64,000 nt of DNA from Lama glama (lineage: Eukaryota): NCBI GenBank assembly GCA_028534125.1, contig CM052816.1:39558001-39622000 (forward strand). The letters are read 5' to 3'. Positions 13,078 to 24,303 of the stretch are shown piece after piece. The notes under the pieces are model-generated. The model was not told the DNA's origin. It saw nothing but the letters and a program-made list of their open reading frames with translations, and did not search any database. Every line of letters starts with the position of its first letter. Within the stretch, counting starts at the first letter, position 1. The translations under genes were made by a program, and so were the position numbers.

Positions 13078-15349
13078 ATTATGCAAATTACTCGAAACTA
13101 CTTTGCTTCTGGTGTTCCAATTGTAAGATAATATGGTTGGACTACATGATGCATAATGTCTTTTTTATGGTTGCAATCATGTCTCCAACTCAGACTACAG
13201 TCTAAGGTTGAATGTGCTGGTGCTCTGAGGTGTCTAAACTTGCTTGGCTGTTTCTTCCGAGAGTAGAGGCTACAAGGCTAGATCTTGAAACTGCTAGGAC
13301 TTTTTGCTGGTTATTTGCTTTAACACCTAAAAAGAAAACTATCCATCAAGAGGCAAAACAATTAGCAGTCCAAACACCCTCTTTACATAGAAAGCCACAT
13401 CAGTATCAACGTAAACGGTGTCTGTAACGCACTAGACACTCAACCAAGACTCACGTGGATTCTCAGTGCCTCTTGACAGGAAGTCTACCCCTTGTGTATG
13501 TTCCACTAACTCATTCACTCCTGAGAGGTCTCTTCTCCATGCATCTGTCCTCCTTTATCTCTGTCACTATTTCTATATCATTGGTAAACGGATTCACCTA
13601 CATTCAACCCCAGGCTTCCACCGCAATGCCCTTTGTAGCTACCCAGGCACGAAACTAAAACGTGAACAGTTTATATTTTAGGTTTTACTGAAGATAATGA
13701 GCAGATATACTTTGAGTTTTCCTGACAGAATTTTAAAATTCATTTCCTGATTCTTCTAATTAAAGGTCACAATTGTAACTAACATGCAATTTGGTTAAGC
13801 TGTCATATTATGAGAGCACAATTTTCTCTCAGTTTTCCCTATGTATTGACATAAAGCTTTTGAGAGGAGTGTGAAGAAAGATAATCGTGGTGGTGCAGAG
13901 TAGAGATCAATTATTTATATTACTCTGGGCAGAAGCAGGTCAGATGTGAATTAGACTCATTATTTTTCCTATTCCCTCAGGCCCCCACCAGCAAATAGTC
14001 ATTGATTCTTTCTCAACATGAGTGACTTCCCCTAAACTCTGCATACACATTTTTAAGTCACAAATGCTTTATTTAGTTATTTGCTCAACTATTCACCTTA
14101 AGTAAATCCAGTTTATGAAAAAAGTACATCCACAAAACAAGTAAATCGAAGGATTCTTATCCCAAGACTTTCTGAACTTAGGTCCATTAGAGAATTAAGC
14201 CCTAAAGCTCTAAGGCATTTATTGTGTGTAATGAATGGACTTCTCTCTTGTGCGTCTAAAGTGCTCCTAGTTATTAAACAGTCTTGGGATATTTGAGAGA
14301 GTCACTGCTTACATTATTTTCTCATATTCTGATTCAAATTAGGAGAAATCCTGATTGAGAAAATTTTACATTATAATGCAGAGAGAGCAACCCGGTGGCT
14401 ATGTGAATAAAGAAGTGCATAAGAAAAACAACACAGAAAGAACAAAACAAAATGAAAACGTTTCACAATTTAGTACCAAGAATGCAAAAGGAGCAAAGTA
14501 CAAGAAAATTCCCATTAAAAGAGACAGCTTCCACTCAACTACAAACGATTGCTATTATGTGGGAGGGTTAGTTCAAGGTTACCGTGTCTACTTTTTGAAG
14601 AAAACCTTAAATCTTAGATGTTTGATGTGAGATTTCAGAGTTTTGAAATCTTTGCAACTCATTTAAAAACTTACAATGTATTATACAGGAAAATACACTA
14701 CTTCATGGGTTATACCCACCTCCAGGCTGCCAGTTAGTGAAAACTCTACTTTATAAAAATAATCTGATTAGTAAGCTCTCTAATAACATTTAAATATATC
14801 ATCCATTAACCAAAATTTTATTCAAATGGATCTAATTGGAAGAGGTAAGTAAAAGTGTACTTTGCGGACAACACTGCTTACCCAATCTGTACATTCTTTA
14901 ATTTAATAACACTGACTAGGAGCAAACTACCTTCAGTGTGGCTTAAGTGTTAGACTTACTGTTTTTTTGTTTATTTATTTATGGACAAATTGAGATGGAT
15001 CTGTGTTTCATGAATCCTTATATTAACCAAATGCAACAAACACTTTTAATCACTAAATTATCCTAATACGGGATGCAGAATTCCTGAACACTCACTGGGA
15101 TCTGGCATTAATTAGGTACATATAAGACATGACATCCTATAAAATTTTCAAAAGGAACAATATTATAAAACTGCAAAGTCTCACTTTTTCTCTTGAAGAC
15201 TTTACTTTGTCTAAGAGTTTCCTATAACAAGTTCTTGCCTGGTGTATTTGTTTATCCCGATGGTGAGTCTGTGTTTTGTTTTTGTTTTGATTTTTATCGG
15301 AAGTTTATTATCTAACCAACTGTTCTACTGAATGAGTTCCCACTACAAT

Positions 15350-15830
15350 TCCATCTACAAATAATTCTCCAATGAAACGTTTCCACTTGAATGCTTAACC
15401 TTATTTCTTGAGAGTCTTCCCTCTCACTTGGTGCTCCAACTGTACTGAGCAGCCGGACATTTCCTCAAACAGCCTTTCAATGCCTCTGCTCTGCTCAAGG
15501 TGTTCTACCTTTTGTCTGCTTGCCTGACTCCTTGGTCATCCTTGAAAATATAGCCTAGAAGCTTCCTCTTCCGAGAAGCTGTCCTTCTTTCTCCCAACCC
15601 ACTTGCCCACAAAACTGTAACCAAGCCAAGAGCTTATCTAAGCTCTAGACGAGGCTATTGTCAGTGAGCTGCACAACATAGCAACTTATTTATTTGAATG
15701 TCTGATCTCCCTCTGAGATTATTGGCTCCTTGGCTGGCTAGAGGCTGTATTTTATTCCTGTCTACATTCTCACACCATCACATGAGCCTGCTCCGTTCAC
15801 AGTTGGTCCAGTAAAGCCGAATATTTCTTC
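15350..15830 (+). mobile_element. L2 fragment
   Basis: 'tgtctgatctccctctgagattattggctccttgg...ggctgtattttattc' resembles the L2 3' region. Confidence 0.45.
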
Positions 15831-16879
15831 ATAGACGCCTATTATTGGTATTTTTAAAACCTGTGATGCACTCATTTTCTGTTTAAAAAATCAAAAACTA
15901 ATGTACAGGATTTGAAACCCGAAACATCACCACAACAAATGCCCCCTCCACCCATTTTATTTTCGCTGTTTTTGTTCATTGAGAAACAGTCACAGGGACA
16001 GAAATGCATTAGTACAAGAGGATTTAAAGAAGCATCAATAACCACTAAATGCTCCCAGCAATCCACTAGAAGTGCCAAAGGTTTTCTAATTGTTTGATTC
16101 TTAAGAGTTTTTGATCCAATTCCTTAGCTCACTCTTCAGCGAGGATGGGCTCTAGTCTCAAGGTTCTTAACCACCTAGATCTTGGCAGGGGTTGGGGGGG
16201 GTTGGCCTCCCCACCCCCAGGGTGGAGAATCAGGGGTCACACCACTTCTCTTTTTGAGGAAGAGAACCTGTAAATCCCAAAGGCTCAAGCTGGCTGACAG
16301 CTGCAGTCACTGCCCAGCCTGAGAAGACCAGGGAGTCCAGGGGGGTGTTGGGGTGAAGATGGTCAGACCTCCAGAAACTCAACTCCAGAGGCTATCCCAG
16401 GCCCCTCTCCATTCCCACACGCCCCAACCCCTCTCCCCTTGTCCAGCAGGGTGGCAAGCCCCAGCCTTCCCGGCAGCGCAGGTAACAGCTGGGACCAGGC
16501 CCTGGGAGAAACAGTGAAGTGAATGCTGTTACAGCTTCTAGTATCAGATATTAAAGAAAAAGAAAAGACAAAGAATGGACTAAACCAATTGCAGAGACAT
16601 TTGGACAACTTTCTCCCTGTCTGTCCCTCTCTGCCACTATCTCTTCTTTTAGTGGGGAATGTAGGTAGGTGCCTGGTTTGCATTAAAAGATAGCTGTTTT
16701 ATCTCAGAATCCTATTTCTTCCCTGTGAAGTTTAACTGGGTTTGGAGTTTTCTTCGCTTCTGCCACAAGAGTATCCACAAAGGGAGTGAAAGAGATTCAC
16801 ATACATATTCACAAAGTTCCTTATGACACCTCTGTCATCACTTGTTTCCTTCAGAATCCCGGTCATTCAGAATGACAAA

Positions 16880-17830
16880 GCCGTCATCCACTCCCACCCC
16901 CCACCCCGAGTGATCGGCTAATCGGCTCACGGGTGTATCTGTACTCTCCAGATCGAGCTGTGCGCAAAATATAAAACGTCCTGGGACTCCTTTCCCCTCC
17001 CTCCCCCATTCCCTCTACTTGAGCACGCACGCATTTCGCATTTCGAGTGCGCGCCTGCATATTTAGCAAAGGCGTTTGGCAGAAGCTACCTCTCTTGCAA
17101 CGCACCCCCAATTCTACCCGAAGCATTTCTCCACAGACTGTCTCTAATCCGGCCCCAGCTGAGGTGTCCTCTCCACGCTGAGGCAGACAGACTCTCTCGG
17201 AGCTCGCGTGTCCAGAGAAGTAACGCTTTGGGGTCCTGGAAGGGCGACCGGACTTCGTGCTACAGCGCCGCTCTCTCCCCAGGGTGTGCGGGCGCTGGTG
17301 AGTGCGAGAGAGTGTGGGGTGTGGGAAGGGGGGCTTCCTCGCCTCCTGCACTGTGCAGACAACACCTTCTACTCGACAAAACACAGCAGCCGCCACCCTC
17401 TCAGCCAGCTGATTGGCCGTCTTTTCTCATTTCCCTGCTAGGGAGGGGGAAGGACCAGTGGCATCCTTGAGCTCAAGTGCAGTAGCAGCTGCCACCTCCA
17501 ACGCCCTAGAAGGCGGACCCACAAAGAAAGCTCAGCGCCAGGGAGGCGGCATGGAGCACGGCTTGTGAATCGCGGCATGTGAACCACGCGGAAGGACGCA
17601 GGGCATGGATCGCTGGACTCCGCACGAGCTCGACCTCCAAGGGGCCCCCGCTTCACTGTGGAGATCCTTTTGCTCCTGGAAGGGCATCCGGGCTGCACGC
17701 TCTCCTCGAATTTTATAGATTTTCCCCGCACCTCGGCTGTATCTCCCCTAAACAGAACCTTCCCATTCAAGAGGTGACGGCGCTAACACCTCCAGGACTT
17801 TCCCACACACCCAAGATGCGCTCCTACAGG
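16880..17830. promoter_or_regulatory. CpG island / promoter of an unidentified gene
   Basis: Sharp rise in GC and CpG in an otherwise CpG-depleted window; TATAAAA on + (16970-16976) and on - (17717-17711); CCAAT on - (17416-17412); donor CTG|GTGAGT at 17297/17298. Confidence 0.75.
17137..17297 (+). other. Candidate non-coding 5' exon
   Basis: Consensus donor GTGAGT 17298-17303; possible acceptor 'catttctccacag' ending 17136 (or the exon begins at a TSS near 17000); no ATG in the interval. Confidence 0.45.
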
Positions 17831-18755
17831 AAGAGGTGGACCATCTGCAGGATAAGTCGGCTCCTGATCTTTTTTAAGACAAAAGAAACAGCAAGAAATG
17901 AGGGGCAGAGGGGACTAACTCATGGGGTAACTTAGGATATAATAAAAAAGCGAAGCCATCAATGAAATGTGAATATAAATGGTAGAATGAGGGCTGAGAC
18001 AGTTTGTGTGTGTTCCTATGAGCTTGTGTGTGTTTGGTACCATGAATTAAGTCAAAAGCTTGTGTTGAGATGTGTGTGCTTCTCTACACTTACATTGTGA
18101 GTTCAACTTTCCCAGCATAGCAGTAGTGACAGCTGGGTTGGCACCCAGAGCTCACCACCCCAAAGTCACTGAAGAAATGCCAACAAAAACGTGCGCTCTA
18201 TTTCTGTAATTCTGAGTAGAACTCATTGGAAGTAATCTGTGTTCACCATTCTGCTGCCTTTCCTTCTTTCTCTGCCCTGTCACTCTAGAGAGATACAAGC
18301 TGGTCTCCTGAAACACTGAAGTTAAAGCAGAGGAAGCAGGAAAGCCTGCCTCCTCTCTCACCTCTTCCCTGCCTACAGCCGATTTATGTATTGAACCAGA
18401 AACAGCAGCACCACCAAGGACACCGCGTTATTTGACCTTCTTTGGAGGAGATTTTTATAGGCTTGGGTATACTTGTAGAAATTGGACACACATGATTTAA
18501 TAATCTCTCCCTTGTGTTTGTCCAGATGAGGTCTTTAGTTTAACAAATACAACCTCCGTGATTCTGAAGTTTACCCAGGAGGTGGCTATAATTTTGTGTT
18601 ACTGACTCGAGTTGGAGGATGTGAACCTGGTTATAAACTCATTCAACAGTCCATTTCTGGAAATCCTACTTCTCTTTATATGAAAAAGTTTACATTCCTA
18701 AAGGTATCAGCCTTCTTTATACCACTCATTTGATATTCTTAAAACATCCAGAATA

Positions 18756-20025
18756 TTGGTCAACTAATCTTCAACAAAGGAGGCAAGAATATACAATGGA
18801 ATAAAGAGAGTCTCTTCAGCAAATGGTGTTGGGAAAACTGGACAGCAGCATGTAAAACAATGGAGCTAGAACACTCCCTTACACCATATACAAAAATCAA
18901 CTCAAAATGGATTANNNNNNNNNNNNNNNNNNNNNNNNNNNNNNNNNNNNNNNNNNNNNNNNNNNNNNNNNNNNNNNNNNNNNNNNNNNNNNNNNNNNNN
19001 NNNNNNNNNNNNNNNNNNNNNNNNNNNNNNNNNNNNNNNNNNNNNNNNNNNNNNNNNNNNNNNNNNNNNNNNNNNNNNNNNNNNNNNNNNNNNNNNNNNN
19101 NNNNNNNNNNNNNNNNNNNNNNNNNNNNNNNNNNNNNNNNNNNNNNNNNNNNNNNNNNNNNNNNNNNNNNNNNNNNNNNNNNNNNNNNNNNNNNNNNNNN
19201 NNNNNNNNNNNNNNNNNNNNNNNNNNNNNNNNNNNNNNNNNNNNNNNNNNNNNNNNNNNNNNNNNNNNNNNNNNNNNNNNNNNNNNNNNNNNNNNNNNNN
19301 NNNNNNNNNNNNNNNNNNNNNNNNNNNNNNNNNNNNNNNNNNNNNNNNNNNNNNNNNNNNNNNNNNNNNNNNNNNNNNNNNNNNNNNNNNNNNNNNNNNN
19401 NNNNNNNNNNNNNNGAATCCCACTCCTGGGCTTGCATCCACAAGGAACCCTACTTCAGGATGACACCTGCACCCCAACGTTCATAGCAGCACTATTTACA
19501 ATAGCCAAAACATGGAAACAGCCTAAATGTCCATCAACAGGTGACTGGATAAAGAAGAGGTGGTATATTTATACAATGGAATACTACTCAGCCATAAAAA
19601 CCGACAACATAACGCCATTTGCAGCAACATGGATGTTCCTGGAGAATGTCATTTTAAGCGAAGTAAGCCAGAAAGAGAAAGAAAAATACCATATGAGATC
19701 ACTCATATGTGGAATCTAACAAACAAACAAACAAAAACAAAGCATAAATACAGGACAGAAATAGACTCATAGACAGATAATACAGACTTGTGGTTGCCAG
19801 AGAGGGCGGAGGGTGGGAAGAGATACACTGGGATTTCAAAATTGTAGAACAGATAAACAAGATTATACTCTATAGCACAGGGAAATATACACAAAACGTT
19901 ATGGTAGCTCACAGAGAAAAAAATGTGACACTAAGTGTGTGTATGTCCACGTATATGACTGAAAAATTGTGAACACTAGAATTTGACACATTGTAAAATG
20001 ATTATAAATCAATAAAAAATGTTAA
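18756..20025 (+). mobile_element. Relatively young 5'-truncated L1 spanning an assembly gap
   Basis: ORF2 peptides '[12 protein letters not shown]' and 'IPLLG...DTCTPTFIAALFTIAKTWKQPKCPS...MEYYSAIK'; 15-bp TSD aaaacatccagaata (18741-18755) / aaaacatgcagaata (20026-20040) at a TT/AAAA site. Confidence 0.95.
18915..19414. other. Assembly gap (500 N)
   Basis: Run of n. Confidence 1.
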
Positions 20026-20202
20026 AAAACATGCAGAATAAATAGCATTTATAACTTATCTTAACCATTAATCAAAATAAATATATTGTATGTATTATGA
20101 TACTTAAAATTCTTCTTACTTTCACAGAGCTGGCATTTTTTGTTTTCCATTTCAGAGATGGTGAACTCTGTTTGAATACCTCACTAAGACTTCTTTCCCA
20201 TT

Positions 20203-20932
20203 TATCTACAAATAATAAATGCTGGAGAAAAGGGAACCCTCCTACATTGTTGGTAGAAATGTAGATTGGTGCAGCCACTGTGGAAAACAGCATGAAGTAC
20301 CCTAAAAAACTAAAAATAGAGTTACCATATGATCCAGCAATCCCACTCCTGGGCATACAACCAGAGGAAACTCTAATTCAAAAAGACACATGCACCCCAA
20401 TGGTCATAGCACCACAATTTACAACAGCCAAGACATGGAAACAACCTACATGTCCATCGACAGATGAATGGATAAAGAAGATGTGGTATATATACAGAAT
20501 AGAATACTACCCATCCATAGGAAAGAATATAATGCCATTTGCAGCAACATAGATGGACATAGAGATGATCATACTAAGTGAAGTATGTCAGAGAAAGACA
20601 AATGTCATATGTGGAATCTAAAAAATGATACAAATGAACTTATTTACAAAACAGAAAGAGACTCAGACATAGAAAAGAAGCCTATAGTTACCAAAGGGGA
20701 AAGGATAAATCAGGAGTTTCAGATCCACAGATACTCACTACTATATATAAAATAAACAAGGTCCTACTGTATAGCACAGGGAACTATATTCAGTATCTTG
20801 TATTAATCTATAATGGACAAGAATCTGAAAAAGAATGTATGTGTATATCCATGTATCTAAAACTAAATTACTCTGCTGTAAACCAGAAGCTAACACAACA
20901 TTGTAAATCAACTACACATCAATTTTTAAAAA
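20203..20932 (+). mobile_element. 5'-truncated L1 (ORF2 C-terminus and 3' UTR)
   Basis: ORF 20280-20552 '[17 protein letters not shown]...KDTCTPM...TWKQP.CPSTDEWIKKMWYIY' is L1 ORF2; followed by 3' UTR. Confidence 0.95.
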
Positions 20933-20991
20933 TCATGTGATCTCTTTGAGACATTGCTCAAACTTCTTTCAGAAAATAAATAAAAAAGATT

Positions 20992-21017
20992 CACACACAC
21001 ACACACACACACACACA
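20992..21017 (+). repeat. (CA)13 microsatellite
   Basis: Direct read. Confidence 0.97.
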
Positions 21018-22167
21018 GTTCTTCACTCTTTAACACTCTCTAGAATGTTGCAAAATCAAGTCCTATTTGGTCCTGGACATAAGTGAGATTCTTTAGTAAT
21101 GCAAAATGAGTTTCATATCATGTCATAGATAATTTGTGCTTGGCCAACATATTAAATACTGATTTATATTTTAAATATAGATATTTTAATAAGAGAGCAC
21201 CAGCTCAATTTAATGATGCTCAGGGAGTGATATGAATCATAAAGGTAAAACTGTCATACAATTGGCATGTTCAGGGATCAACCTATGAGTTTTGAATATA
21301 CTGACTTCTACACTGATAGATGAAAATATATCAACAAAATACTTATATTTAGCATCTTATTCTCTGTATTTAAGTCTCTCAGGCAAAATTTAAAATAATA
21401 TATTTCTATGGTTTTAAAATTAAAAGATAGGTATGTCTCCTGATAGAAATTTTTCCCCATCTTATGTGCATGGAAAGCTGAATTGAAATTACAATAAGCT
21501 AAACTTAGGAAGTACTTGAAAATATTTTATTAATTTACTTTATAGATTAATTGATACCCATGTTTTTGCATTCCTTTACAGTGATGAAACATTTATTGAC
21601 TACTGCCTATGTATAGATATCTGACAAAACCCTTACTCTTAAAGGTAGAGACTGGAAAATAAAAGCGAATGAAATTAGGTACTTGGAAAAATAAAAATGT
21701 AATGAGGTTGAAAAGAAGGAGAGTTTACCTATTTCATTCTGCTGGAAAGTTTTCCTAGTCTAAGAAAAACAAATCTAAATGACTCTCTGTGAATAGATAA
21801 AATTTTACCATAAAAAATTGGGAAAAGAGAAAAGGCAGAAGAGATATACGAACAAAGTGAAGGCTTTATTCAGGAACCAGTATGGATGCAACTTTGTGTG
21901 TCATTACAGAGGAAAAAAATGTCTAGAAGTGTTGAAAATAGGTAGAAGTTAAGTTGGGCAGACCTGGCTTTCACCCCATTACTTTACCCAAACTCTTTCC
22001 CTACCCAAAGCACTTTCTCTGCATGTTCTTTATACAAGAACAGAAAACATCAGAGAGTACTAAACTATCAGATGGTCCATGGCCCTGAGAAACAATGACC
22101 ATTAGGTAGCAAGTTGCCCTTGAAGTAAGGAAAGAGGACAGTGTATTGAGCCATTCTGCAGAGCATC

Positions 22168-22662
22168 TGTGATGAAGGAGATATTAATCACTAAGAGTGT
22201 GAAGGAAAAGCCGGGCTGGTCTAACAAGATAACTCACAAGTCTAGGAATGTGAAGGAGAGGTTGGGCTGGTCTAACAAGATAACTCACAAATCTAAGTAT
22301 CAGAATACTGATCTGAGTTCTGCTGGACTAACTTGTGAATCTAAGTTAATTAGTGTTGATTTGCTGTTCATGTTTTTTTGCTAGCCAGCTGGATTTTCAA
22401 AGATATATATCTGGCTTTGGAATGTTGGTTTGCTGCCTCCCTGCCTCCACTTTTGTGATAATGATGCTGCTAAAGCTGTTCCATGCCTATTGGCCGAATA
22501 CCTCAAGCTTGTACTTTACCCTATAAAACCTCATGCGCACATCTTGGAGGTGCTCAGAGCTTTGGAGCAGAAGCCCCTCTGAGCCCGCCGGCATAATACA
22601 TCTGAGTACTCCAACCCTCCGAGTGGTGCCTGTTTCTTGGCTGGCCTGTCATTTCCATAACA
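22168..22662 (+). mobile_element. ERV solo LTR with a 51-bp tandem duplication in U3
   Basis: TGTGATGAA...TTCCATAACA imperfect inverted termini; TATAAAA ~22522; AATACA polyA-like signal ~22595; repeat units 22198-22248 and 22249-22299. Confidence 0.8.
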
Positions 22663-23027
22663 AGAGGTGTGGGATCAAGGATAGGGGAAAAATGTCTAGT
22701 GGTTTCCTTAAGGTTACTTGGTAATAAAAAATATTAAAAAAGCTAAAAGCCCATATCCCCTCCTCCTCGCTTCCTTTAAAAAGTATCAAGAAGAAACTGT
22801 TTCATTACTCACACTCCCCCCACATTCATGTTAAAAAGCCTTAATTTAAGCTTCCTTGCTCTAGATATTAAAATGCCCATATCATGGACAGCTCAGTCAA
22901 AATGACCTACATATGGGAAATGCTCTGTAGAAAGAGGAAGAGGCTAATAAGGACCATAGAACACACCTCTTTAGGCAGAGGGTAAAAGAAGAGAAGGTTA
23001 TGAAGATAAAAGATTTCCAGAAGGGTA

Positions 23028-23250
23028 CTGTCAAAGATAAACAAAGCCAGACACCAGCTGAGTGCTGAGGATAGGTTTCATTCTGTAACTACTGCTGTGA
23101 CAAAAGAACCCAGCACCAGCATGAAACTGAACTCAAATTCCTGCAACAAAAGGCAGGAGACCTTTTAGAGGCTGGGGGTTCTAGGAGAAAGGTTCAGAGG
23201 GGCATTCAGGGGGTCGGTCCATGTGACTAGGCCACCTGAATTTGTTAAGC
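23028..23250 (-). mobile_element. Older LTR fragment
   Basis: 'tgtcaaagataaacaaagccagacacc...' resembles an antisense ERV LTR 3' end. Confidence 0.4.
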
Positions 23251-23329
23251 GGTGCTTAATAATATAACTGTAGAATAATAGTTTAGAAAACATTAATTCA
23301 TGTTCTATTATTGATAGTAGTATCAATGG

Positions 23330-24303
23330 TATGGAGCTGGCTGGCACTCTCTGGAGTCATAAAACCCCTACTCCTGGGCTCTCTGTGTGCCTGGAGCCTG
23401 TCGACACATTAACCCCGCTCCCCACTGCAGGACCCTTTGCATACCTGCATTTCTGCAAGATATAAAACATCTTCTATTGGTGTGTGTTTACCCTAACAAA
23501 ACTTATTGCCCCAGGAGATAGCCCAGTCTCACAACACCTTAGGTGGACAGGCCTCACATCCTGCCCCTACCAAAGTCATAAAACCTGCTGTTCAGAGAAG
23601 TCCCTGACAGATCTTAAACCAATCAGGTACCTATGCACGAACTGATCATGCAGCCCCCTCTCTCCACTAAAAGATCCTTGATGCCCATCCCTGGTGCTAG
23701 CACAGCATCTCTCTCCTCTGTGTGGCCCGCTGTTGCTTATAGCACTGTGAACGAAAAATACTGCAAACCATATCAGTAAACAAAGAATGCTGAAACCATC
23801 AAGTCAGCAGTGGCTGCCGCCACCCCCCAGTGAAGACAAGCCTGCAGCCCAGCCTCTGCAGCCACTCACAATGGCGCCTTCTGAGCGGACTCAGAATAAG
23901 ACAGGACACTGGCCCTAGACAGCTAGGTGCTTGTCAAAGGAATGAATTCAATGAATCCAAATGTTTGCTTCCTCCCATACATAGAAAAGCACTAAATTCT
24001 TTAACTTGAGATGCCTGGTTTTCTTTAGTTAACAAGTAATCATTTTATGTTTCAACTACCTGGTTTTGTTGTAAAGCTCCTCCCCCACCTCTTTGGAGCA
24101 GTCCCTCAGAGCGATCTGAGAGCCTGCCACCCCGGGCTGAGTCCTCAGAACTATTCAGTGAATAAAACGTAACTCTCAACTTTCAGGCTGTGCATTTATT
24201 TCAGTCAACAGCAGCATACCTGTTAAACTTTCCTAACTTTTCTCAGTCTGGTCATTCTTCACGAACCCATGTGTCACTGTCACCATGTTGTGTGCCCACA
24301 ACA
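23330..24303 (+). mobile_element. ERV LTR interrupted by a second LTR (outer parts ~23330-23745 and 24211-24303)
   Basis: CCAAT ~23619, TATA-like 'actaaaag' ~23666; R/U5 resumes after the insert ('gttaaactttcc...tgtgcccacaaca'). Confidence 0.6.
23746..24210 (+). mobile_element. ERV1-type solo LTR nested in the outer LTR
   Basis: TGTGAAC...GTCAACA termini; AATAAA 24161-24166; near-TSD gcac/gcag; related to the LTR at 37.1 kb. Confidence 0.8.

Noticed and set aside
16884..17935. ORFs of 73-170 aa in the CpG island
   Set aside because: Overlapping on both strands, mostly non-ATG starts, no recognisable domain; expected in GC-rich sequence
18407..18427. REST/RE1-like motif
   Set aside because: Mismatches at two core G positions
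18760..19719. Four long ORFs containing X runs
   Set aside because: Artefacts of translating the 500-N gap; the flanks are L1 ORF2
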